From: Styela clava
Lineage: Eukaryota
DNA length: 64,000 nucleotides
Direction: 5' to 3'
NCBI RefSeq assembly: GCF_964204865.1
Contig: NC_135252.1
Location: 13,640,001 to 13,704,000, forward strand
Of this stretch, positions 29,456 to 41,100 are shown one piece after another. The position numbers were made by a program, and so were the translations under genes. The notes beneath the pieces were generated by a model. It ran no database searches. It had not been told where the DNA came from and saw only the letters and a program-made list of their open reading frames with translations. Every line of letters starts with the position of its first letter. Position 1 is the first letter of the stretch.

Positions 29456-29690
29456 TAGTCCGGCAGAATCGGGCCTTAACATTGTTTTGGGACATAAAGT
29501 TTTTTTTTATTGTTTAGATATAATGTATATGACATATATAATGATACCCAGGTGGGTGTGGAGTATATAATGTTGAGCAATTTTTTTTAAGTGGATTTAA
29601 AGTATTCGGCCCAAGATGACGCACATCCTGAACCCTAACTTGGTAAACATACAATGTTCAGGTTGTGCGCCATCTTGGTACGAATACTTC
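29456..29690 (+). mobile_element. MITE-like repeat with internal hairpin, inverted partner of 32040-32300
   Basis: Begins TAGTCCGGCAGA. Internal inverted repeat AAGTATTCG..CCAAGATGACGCACATCCTGAAC / GTTCAGGTTGTGCGCCATCTTGG..CGAATACTT. Blocks GACATAAAGTTTTTTTT, TGGGTGTGGAGT and TTGAGCAATTTTTT recur reversed at 32040-32300. Confidence 0.75.
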
Positions 29691-32039
29691 AGAAGCGCCT
29701 TTTTGTTAAAAACAATTATTTCATAACTACATGGTTTAGTTTTGCATACATGGCAACATTGAATCTCCTTACAATGTCAGAAATTTAATTTTAGTAGAAT
29801 AAATGGTGGTTTATTTCACTAATACAAGCCAAGATCCATCGACAGCATCTAGCAACTTTCTATTGCGCTCTGCAAACTACATTTGCGTTGCCGCGCGCAT
29901 TTCGTTTTCCTAGTTTAAGCTTAGGAACTTGGGAAATATTTTATTAGTTGAAATGAATTGGAATATTTGACCTCGTCTTTCACTCCGAACAAGGCCATGT
30001 AAAACCATCCACTGGTATCTAAAGATGTGTAACGAGTTTTCTTTTGGAAGAACCGCAACCTTTCAGTGCTGCATTGACTTTGGCAAAATTAATATATCCT
30101 TGTGGAGATAGAAGGTATGCGTATGCGAAACCGAGATGTGCACTTGTTATGCCAACACAGTTGAGTCAAAGTTTTGAATACTAGTACATCACACACATCT
30201 TCCTGCGTGCTTCGGTTGTACGTAGTAACGCGCACATTTTTGCGCACATGTATCAAATTCCACTTGATTATTGAGCTATAGGTTTTTGACGAGCTTTTGT
30301 GTATGATTTCATTCCATAGAATTTGTATGCTGTTCTAAAAAATACTAGTTTCAGCTTTTTCATTCATTCAAACCTCGTGTTAAAAGTAAGTTTTGTAATA
30401 TTGCGTGTTGGTTTCCAATATTCTTAAATCGGTGATGCCAGTAAATCTTAAATACAAAAAGATCAGTAACATCTGCAATAAAAACAGCAGTACCCTCTCA
30501 AATGACAGTTGGGGGATGGATACTCTTAGTATCTGCTCCATCGCGTGCCTCTTACAGTCTTACCAGTTTACATGCGTGTCAATTGGTATCTAAGCTCAGC
30601 CAGAGACAAAAAGTTTCGGACTGCAGTTGGCGTGACGAAATGTTTTTAAATATATATTCTACAATAAGATTATTTGATTGTATACTAATGAAAGTTCCGC
30701 CTTATATGTCTTTTCCCATTGCACTATTCCTTTACTGATATTCGATAATATGAAGCTCACTGACATAGTTCTTAAAGTGTGTAGATGGGTATAATCTTTT
30801 CCACGCTGTTCAGGTGGGAATGCGCGAATATATATAAGAATTGCTAATATTGGTTTGCAATGCGATGAAATCCCATCTTGGCATTTCTGCCTCTCGCAAT
30901 TGCTGCGTATACTTATCGGGGAAGTTCTGTGGCGTGGTTATCAAATGAAAAAAAAAACATGGGAGTATTTTTTCTACTTCTCTACTACTATCAAACCTTG
31001 ACATTTTGTGAAAACTTTTTTCCATGCAACCTTTTTATAAAACATCCCCAACAACCACAATTAATTCTGTTATTAAACTTCCGAAACAAACACATCATCA
31101 ACAGATGCATATATCACCAAGTAGATATTGCTGAATTGATCTTTATTTCACCATTTTTCATGTAATTCTTTTTGGTAAACCTATTATCTATCGCAAATAC
31201 AGCACATTTGACAATGTTGTAGTGTGCCACTGCTTTTTTTGGCCTCACATATTTGATATTTGTAGTTAGAGCTCTTGGGGCTCTGTCAAACAAAGTTACA
31301 TACAAAATATTAGTTGTAAATTGCAAAACATGATCATGTTGTTGGAATAACTTGGCATTTTACCACCCGTATATCATTCATTGTTGAGAATATTAATAAA
31401 ATCATAAAATTTAAAAATCCGTTCTTGTGAAATTTTTGTTGTAGCTAAATTCCAGGGACAGCATGACAACAGGCAAGAGAAGCACGGTCGCCTCTTTTAG
31501 TTTATGACAGGGTTTCTTAAAAGGGGACCCCGTCCTCCTTGGAGGCCGCTGATCGGTTATCTGGGAGCACGAACAAACAGATGGAAATGCGAATATACAA
31601 TTACAATGTATTTTTATAGAAGAGAAGAAGCAAAAGTGTTGAGAGTCTTTGGTAGTTTGAAAAGCATTGGCATGGAACATAAGAATGAACTACATTCTTT
31701 CCCAGGGATATACTATGAAATGTAGCAATTTTCTCATGCTTGTTCTCGTGATATCATTATCTTTCACTGTGTCGTCGTGATCATCCCGCTGCCTAACAAT
31801 TCTCGCTAACAAATAATTGACTGTTCTCCACTGGGTGTATATCCACTTGAACCACTGGCATTAGCAGGCTTGTATTGTTAATTGCAACAAAAACGGGTAT
31901 TTTGAAATAGTACTCTTTATTTTACGCGCATGTTTCGACAGTATTTCCATATACTTAATATGGGTCGCGAGCCAAACTGGGCTCAACAAATACCTAAAAG
32001 TGATTGATTTTATTTCCTAGTAAATTTGGTGCTTGCGTA

Positions 32040-32300
32040 GTTTGTGCACCAAGATTGCGCACAACCTGAACATAGTATTGTAACAGGTTATGGTTCAGGT
32101 TGTGCGTCATTATGATGCACAGGTTTGACGAAAAACACTAATACAAATATCGAGCCGTAAAAAAAATTGCTCAAGGCTGCAAACTCCACACCCATGTATA
32201 AATGATGGGCAATGACCCCAAGATGAATAATCACAAATAAAAAAAACTTTATGTCTGAAATCAAACTTGGGCCAAAAAGGTCCCCTTATCTGCCGGACTA
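32040..32300 (-). mobile_element. MITE-like repeat with internal hairpin, same family as 29456-29690
   Basis: Ends TCTGCCGGACTA. Internal hairpin GCGCACAACCTGAAC...GTTCAGGTTGTGCG. Confidence 0.75.
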
Positions 32301-32976
32301 AAAACCACGAAAAGAAGAGAGCGGCGTGCGAGAGGATTCACAGATGCCAGATTCTTGGTCAGAATATACAGCCAAGTTGGCTCAAGAAAATATATATTTG
32401 GGACTCCTCATGTATTAACCATGGGAATAATACATGAAATTAATTATTAGTTTCAAATAAAATCACTCCATTGAACCGAGTATGATAGTACTACGCTCAT
32501 AAAATTGAACGATCATCGCAAGACTAGAGATATTCGCAAGATATTGCGAAACACTTTTCTGAAACACAACCTAGTGCCTATATTTAAAATGAGGGAACAT
32601 TTCTTACTACATATATAGTTTGAACGCATCAATTCTCTCTGCAAGTCGATCGCATAATATTGGGAAAACAATGGCTCCTAAAAGTTTTCAATTTAGTAAG
32701 AAATAAAAAATGATTTGTCAACGCCCGGTAACGTTAGGTACTCTGATAAAGTAGTCAGTCGGTTGCATATATGTTGAATGGTTGTCAAGCCAGCATTCAT
32801 CTTTTAAGTATATGTATATTTACTTCTTCTCGCCATTTGCTCAATTATTACCTGCTGTTTATCAAGTTTAATTTATTTTTTGATTAAAAATATCTCTTTT
32901 TAGGCTGTTCGACTAAAAATGCTATGCGCTGCGTGTCTCTGTATTTACTGTTGGATTTGTATCGCGTAATATCAAC

Positions 32977-33109
32977 ATGATCAAAGCCCATTCACCGGAA
33001 TTAAAGAAGTTTATGTATATATTAGAGATTGGATTTAAAGTTAAATGGTGGACGATATGTTACGGGTGTCTTGAGAGGTTTCGATTTCTTTATGAATCTA
33101 GTTGTGGAT
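32977..33109 (+). pseudogene. SNRPG: Processed, frameshifted, 3'-truncated snRNP SmG pseudogene
   Basis: MIKAHSPELKKFM, then after a +1-frame (about 4-nt) insertion RLDLKLNGGRYVTGVLRGFDFFMNLVVD, matching SmG [43 protein letters not shown]. No intron, and similarity ends before the Sm2 motif. Confidence 0.85.
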
Positions 33110-34119
33110 GCCATCATCCACAGACAACAGAGCGCAGGAAAGAATTCAAATAGAATTCAATATTTCAGCTTTCAATCAGGACTTCCACATTTCATGAATT
33201 TTGACTCAACAATTTCGCCAGCATTTGTTGTTTTTAACTAGAGACATTGAGGCGGAAAAATTAGGCTCACATAGTGCAGTGAAAAATCTTATTTAATCAC
33301 GTATTTTCATACACACACATAACAGTGAGCTAGTTACAAACAGGTATTTCGAGTAAATAGCACAAGAGGTAAATATTTCTAGGAAGATATTAGTAACTAA
33401 CGCTACGTCCGCAATTTGATGGACAACTATAACAAATGCTGGACACATTCGGCGTTGGTACCAGCATATCTGAATAATAACATGGCTGTTGTATCATTAA
33501 CGTTTCCTGGAATGAAATTGAACAGCCACAAACCGATGCGCAAGGCTGAAAGTAATACAAAACGACATCCCATTTACGGATTTCCCTGTCGAACTGGTAG
33601 CCTATTTGTGGCATTGTATTTGAGCATCTGGAATTCTTCCAGGTTGAATGAACTACAGTTGCAATGCTTGATTCGAAAATGCTCTTTTTATAAAAAAAAA
33701 TCGAAATAGCTCAATATGTAAGTGGCGAGACCGAGTATAAAGTTTTCACTTTTGAACAATCTCGGGAAAATCAAATCATCATTCTTTCAATTGAATTCTA
33801 CAAGTATATTTTTCTAGCGGATTTCATCCAGAAAATCATTTTTTCACGTGGTTTGTCAACTTTTTGTTAATTCAAAATAAAGTTCGAATATGGCTTACCG
33901 TTGTTGTTTCATTATGATACCTCGAGGCATAAATATAAACCTCAGCTATCTTTGCAAAAATTAGTGGTAGACGTTAAGATGTTATTCAATCATCGGTATG
34001 GTACTTTCAATGAGTCAGAAACAGGTATTACAGGTTACTAATACAAGAAGTAAGCTTCTCCTTATATTATGCGATCAACATGCAGAGAGAATTAAGGCGT
34101 TTAAACTGTACAGCTGATA

Positions 34120-34273
34120 GGTTAGGAGTTTTCATGTCCTGCCGATCCACACAATGATTTCGACAATTTGATGATCCCGGTAAAAAAATTCATTGTACAG
34201 CAACAAGACTTGGATTGGGCATACAATAGGAGTAATCTTCCATAAGTTGGAAACTTTTGATGATGCAATGACC
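34120..34273 (-). repeat. Dispersed repeat, inverted partner of 28860-29025
   Basis: CTGCCGATCCACACAATGATTTCGACAATTTGATG...GCAACAAGACTTGGATTG is the reverse complement of the 28.9 kb segment, with mismatches and indels. Confidence 0.8.
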
Positions 34274-35109
34274 ATTTTTATATTTACAAGTACCGTGGGA
34301 AATTAGAATTGTTATAACAACATTCTAGAATTTGCTCTGTGAAAGATCAGAAATACATTATCTACAGATTTCGTCAACACATTCGTATAAACATGTGTCT
34401 ACACAGTTACATCAATCCTATTACCTAGAACTTCAGTTGTGGATTATTTATTGAAAATTACATCTTGCAAAATTATCAGGAACATTTCCCAGAATGTCGT
34501 GGTACTTAACTATATTAGTTTATAATATGGTCTGTAACGTACAGCCGTTAACTTATACAGCCCGTAGGCGTGACCACAAAAAAAAATCATGTTAAACTAA
34601 ACTATAAATGATGTTGATTGTTAAAACACGCCCATTCGATGATGCTCTAGTATTAAGCGCAATTACATTTGAGGCACTTGCTATATGAAGATATTCTATA
34701 GAATAGATGGAGAGTTTGTATCAGAGAAAGTATTCCACATCTATAAAGACAAAATTCGTGACTTGCGTCAACAGATAACTAACGGTCTTTTAGTCCTAAA
34801 TAAAACGAAAAAACATACAAACAAATTATCGACAAAACAATTTGAACTGCCCCTAGTAACATAAATATATCAAAATATCTCGGTGATACTGAATAGCAGG
34901 AGACGGTCTAGAATTTGGAATCATTTTCATTGCAACCTGTGTGCTAGTGACATCATTTTACGAAATTTTAAAAATACCAATCAGATACATATTTAAGTGA
35001 AAATGACTTCTTAGCAGAAAGCAAAGTGACTTGGCACTAAATTTTATATTGGATGTGGCAACAATTTAAAATAAGAATAAATAGATATTAACACAAAAGC
35101 ATCAAGATA

Positions 35110-38100
35110 ATGGTGAAAGAATTTGTCTTCAAGATTTGCATTTTTCTGTGGACTGTTCAAGTCATTCAATCAGGCAATTTCTCGCCCAAGCAAGATGACC
35201 CGAGTAAGTCAAACTTTACGTACTGTAAAACATATCACATATGTGGGCTATAGTTTCCGTGTACCGGTACCGATCTTCAAAAACTTCAAAAGATTCGTTT
35301 TTTATGTGTCAGAATAAATAGCGACACCTTGTGACGTGTTTCATATATTTAGCATAGCTCTCTTGTTATAAAGTGTTGTGTTTCTACAAGATTTACTATA
35401 TCTGATGTTCTTCATAATCGCACATAGTCAAACACTTCTAATTGTAACCACGTTAATGGCTTCAAAATTCCCCAAGCATTTTCCACGACAGGACGGTCTT
35501 ACTTTAAGTAATCCGGTCGAAACGGGAAATGACTCATTATTTTAGTGATCTCATGGCTCTTCAATACAATCTTTAATAATTATCTAATAAAACATGTTAG
35601 TTGGATAACTCGACAAAACCGTACGGTGCTCTTCTACAATAACAGTAGTTTCGCAACTAAAACTACCGATCTTTTCAATGAGGTATCAGAACCTTGGATG
35701 TCGCTGCCAGATAAACAACTTTGGTTCCTCGAGGTTTCCCTTTTCCATTAGAACTGTATGATTGTATGACTGATTTTTGAGTGTATGGAAAAATAAAATT
35801 GACTTGACTATTAGGAGATTGAATTTATATTCTGTTTACAATTTTTTTAACAGTTGCCTGCAAAGAAGGAGATTTCAGATGTTTGGATGGGAAAAAGTGC
35901 ATCCCTTTTCATATTTTTTGCGACGAAAGAGCTCACTGCGAGTAAGTACATTTCTGAATTTGGAAACAAGATTAGCTCATACTAAAATTGGTATGGTTAT
36001 ATTTATTGGACACGTCAGTGGACATAACGATCGTTTTGCATTTCATGGTGGCACTCTTCTTCTTGTTGTTGTTCTTTGTCACAGAGAAAAAACGATTTTC
36101 TCTTTGATTACTGAACCAATCTCTTTAAAAATGTCAGTGCTTGAAGATTAAATTTTTCGCTAGAAGGCTATTGCTTTTATTTCAAATACTCCGAGAGATG
36201 GAAGCGACGGAATACCGTACTGGCAATCATAAGATATAATGTACCGAAGTATTGTGCATTCGTCTAAATACTCTAAGTAGTTTCAGATGCTGTTCAACGT
36301 CTATAAATTCTCTATACCCATAGCTGTTGCACTGAGCGGCATTAAAAAGTGCATATTTTAGTATATTTTAAGATGGTCAATACCTATTTCATATTTGCTG
36401 GTGTATTATCACAGTGATGGAAGCGATGAAGTTTTGTACAATGCTTCTATTCACACCGCCGATGATGGTGTTCCATGCCGAGGTTATGAGGATTTGACAA
36501 GAGTTTGTTTACTTCACAATTCTGTTGCAGAAAGAGAAGAACACATATGCAATAAAAGTAAAGGGTTTGAATGTTTTGAAAATATTCATTATTTTACCAT
36601 TTTGTTGAATTAAGGATTATAATCAAATAACGATTGAATAAATATAAGTCGAGTGAAATCAATTACTAGCGAAATTGAATTTGACCTGATCGCGTTATTA
36701 TATAGCCTTTTACTCACTAGAGCTGAATTAATAAAAACCTTGCCTAGACATCTAAACCAGATGTATAAAAACATAATAGGCCTACTGCCATGACAATATA
36801 ACATTGAAATTATTTACGTCTTGGGTACGTTCAGAACGTGAGTGTCTAGGTGGATTCTTCACGTGTTCCGATAAATCAAGATGTGTGGATAAAGAACGTT
36901 ACTGCGATGGAAACCCAGACTGTAGGTATGTAGTATGACTTCTTACCTTGATGCGGCGCTAACAAACAAACTCTAAGATTGAATTCATTCTCTGCAGTGA
37001 TGGAAGCGACGAAATTGTGTACAATGCCTCAATTCATACAGAGGAAGATGGTTATTCTTGCTACATGGATGAATGGCAATATCCAAACTGTCTACTTCCC
37101 GTAGGAGGACATCCAAATCCGCATGATTGGTGTGATCCCGGTGGGCATGCCTCATTGTTACAAATTCACGTTATGTTCAAGGCATTGAAATGGTAATGTT
37201 GTCTGGTGTGAGTTTCGATCAAACTATGCCGTGTACTAGATGTCTCATATGAAGAGATACAGTTTCGAACGCCGTAGTTTTTAAGGGATTAAGGTGATAT
37301 TGAACATTACCCGGTTGCTTCCTGTACTTTGGCTACAAGTTACAACGTGCTTTTAATTGTGCTTAATGGGTGCATTATTCAAATATTCAAGCCCTCATTT
37401 TACCTAACCTGGTCCATATTTATGTAATTATATTTTCGAATAAAAAGTTTTCAAATCCTTCCGACATTGCAGAAGTAAACTGTAGTCCAGATGAGTTTTT
37501 ATGCGAGGATGGAAAGCAGTGTATTCCCAAGACACGATATTGCAACTTAGAAAAAGACTGCAGGTATACATCTAATTTACAACAAATCAACTTATTCTGG
37601 TACTAACTGAATGTGTTAGTAGACATCATCTGTGTTTACATGATCTTAGAAAAATTATCCGTCTATGTTGCAAACTGTAACGCTTTTCGTAAACATCAGC
37701 ATATGACGCGTACCCATTCATCAGCGATTTTCCACGGAGAAATGACCACCTATCTTGTTAAATGACTAATCAATTTGTCAGTTATTACCATTGGCCATAA
37801 AAGCGATTACATCTCTCAAAATTTTTAAAATGAATACTGTCGTTAGAAGTGGAATGAATCAGTACACGGATTTAAAATACAGTCAGTTTTTACAAATATT
37901 TTTACAAGGGATGGAAGCGATGAAATTGTCTACGATTCGTCGATATTAAAACCAAATGACCACAGAGTTAAATGTAGAAGTTTTGCAAAAGTAGATCACT
38001 TCTGCTTACTGGGAGGAAAATTTGTTTTTGATGAAGAGGATTACTGCAATTTAAACGACACACCACCTGTTCAAGGTAACCAGAATTTATTAGGATTTCA

Positions 38101-41100
38101 TAATAAGTGAAGATTCGCATGTAATTGAAGCATTTTCATGCCACTAGAATGCAATAACAATCTTCTTACAATTTTCCAACAGTTGCCTGCAAAGAAGGGT
38201 ATTTCAGATGTTTGGATGGAAAAAAGTGCATAAATTTTTTTGATTTTTGCGACGAAAGAGTTCACTGCGAGTAAGTTCATTAACAAATTAAAAATAAAAT
38301 TGAAATTTATGTTTGTGCATTTCCGTATTTTATTTTGTCATCCTGCTTATTCTGATTTAGAGACGGAAGTGATGAGATATTGTTCGACTCAGCGATTCAT
38401 ACACCAGACAACGGAGTGTCGTGTCAAAATAAATTTAGAGACAGATTCTGTCTTCTACCACCCGATTATGATTCTTCAAAGCATTGTTTTTCTATCGAAT
38501 TTGATTGTCTTCCTGAATGGTTTATCTGTGCTAGTGGAACTCAGTGCGTTTATAAAGAATCATTTTGTGACGGGAATTCATATTGTCGGTAGGTTGTCCC
38601 TTAGATGGAAATTTTATAATCGCTTCGTTAACACTCAAAAGCAGCAAAAAGTGGCAATTATTAGATATAAAGTATCGAAGTTTTGTGCACTCGTCTAAAG
38701 TTTCAGATGCTCTGCACCTTCTATATACTTATAATACTTATATCTGTTTCATTGATCACTGAGCGACAGCAAAAGGTGACTATTTTAGTATATTTTGAAG
38801 TGGTACTTGCTATTTCGTTTTTGCTAGTCATATTCATCACTCAGATGAATAGATGGCCATTTCAATATCACATTTGAAATGCCAAATGCGTGTACAAAAT
38901 CATAGATATAAGTGTATTATCACAGTGATGGAAGCGATGAAGTTTTATACAATATTTCTATTCACACCGCCGATGATGGTGTTCCATGCCGAGGTTATGA
39001 AGATTTGACAAGAGTTTGTTTACTTCACAATTCTGTTGCAGACAGAGAACAACACATATGTAATAAAGGTAAATAAATAGTACGAATGTTTTGAAAATAT
39101 TCATTATCTTACCATTTTGAGTAATTTAAGATATATATATAATCAATGATTGGGCTGAATGATTGACTGAATATAAGCTTTGTAAAATCAATTACTGGCG
39201 AAATTGAATTTGATATTTATTTGACCTGATCGAGTTAATATATTGCTTTTTACTCATTAGAGATGGATAAATAGAACCATTGCCTGGCCATCTAAACCTT
39301 ATGTATAAAAGCATAAAATACCTACTCTCATAACAATATAACACTGAATTTGTTACGTCTTATGAATGTCAAAATGTGAATATTTATATACTTGGATATG
39401 TTCAGAACGTGAGTGTCTAGTTGGATACTTCAGGTGTTCTGATAAATCAAAATGTGTTGATAAAGAACGTTACTGCGACAGATACCCAGATTGTAGGTAT
39501 GTTGGGTAATTTCCTACCTTGATTCGGGCGCTAACAAACTAACTCTAAAATTGAGTTCATTCTATGTAGTGATGGAAGCGACGAAATTGTGTACAATGCC
39601 TCGATTCATACAGAGGAAGATGGTTATTCTTGCTACATGGATGAATGGCAATATCCAAATTGTCTACTTCCCGTAGGAGGACATCCGAATCCGCATAATT
39701 TTTGTGATCCCGGTGAGCATGCGTCATTGCTACAAATCCATGTTATGTTTAGTACATTGAAATGATAATGTTGCCTGGTGAGAGTTATGATCAAAGTATT
39801 CCGTGTATCGATATGTCTCCTATGAAGAATAACAGTTTCTACTGCCGTAATTATTAGGGGATTAAGGTGATATTGAAAATTATCCGGTTGCTTTCTGTAC
39901 TTTGGCTACAACGTGCTATGAATTGTGCTTAATGGGTGCATTTTGCTCACATATTCAAGCCCTCATTTTTTTTACCTAACCTGGTCCATGTTTATGTAAA
40001 TATATTTTCGAATTGAAAGTTTTTTAAATCTATCGGGCATTACAGAAGCACATTGTGGTTCAGATGGGTTCTTATGCGAGGATGGAAAGCAGTGTATTCC
40101 AAAGACACAATATTGCAATTTGGAAAAAGACTGCAGGTATACATCTAATTGGGGTATCAACTAAATGTGTTAATCGACACGAGCTGTATTTACGTGTTCT
40201 TAGAAGAATTATTGTATGTCTATGCTGCTTACTATAACGCTTTTCATAAACATCAGCATATTGCCGTTTCCCATTCATCAGCTATTTCTCTTGGGCAACT
40301 GACCACATATCTGGTTAAATGAATAATCAATTTGTCAGGTTTTATTTTTGGTCATAAAAGGCATGATGATTATTAAATGATTATTGTGGTTAGAAGTGAA
40401 AAAAATTAGTACACAGATATTTGGTCAGTTCCTACAAATATTTTTATAAGGGATGGAAGCGATGAAATTGTCTACGATTCGTCGATATTAAAACCAAATG
40501 ATCACAGAGTTAAATGTAGAAGTTTTGCAAAAGTAGATCACTTCTGCTCATTAGGAGGGAAATTTGTTTTTGATGAAGAGAATTACTGCAATTTAAAGGA
40601 CACACCGCCTATTCAAGGTAAGCAGGGTTTATTGGAATTTTGTTAGAAGTTAAGATTCGCATGTAATTGAACATTTTACATATCACGATACCCGGAGAAA
40701 GTATTTACAATGCTCTTACAACTTTTCAACAGTTGCCTGCAAAGAAGGGTATTTCAGATGTTGGGATGGAAAAAAGTGCATTCATTTTCATAATTTTTGC
40801 GACGAAAGAGTTCACTGCGAGTAAGTTCTTTGATAAAATAAAAATTTGGAAATTGAATGGAAATTTTTGTGTATCTCCTTATTTTATGCTGTCATGCTAT
40901 TTATTCTTGCTTATTCTGATTCAGTGACCGAAGTGATGAAATATTGTTCGACTCAGAGATTCACACACCAGACAATGGAGTGTCGTGTCAAAACAAATAT
41001 AGAGACAGATTCTGTTTTCTACCTCACGAATATGATTCTTCAAAGTATTGTTTCTCTATCGAATTTGATTGTCGTCCTGAATGGTTTGTCTGTGCCAGTG

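Noticed and set aside
12300-35000. Many 60-100 aa ORFs in the intergenic interval
   Set aside because: Composition typical of random AT-rich ORFs, many with non-ATG starts, no motifs and no consistent splice chains.
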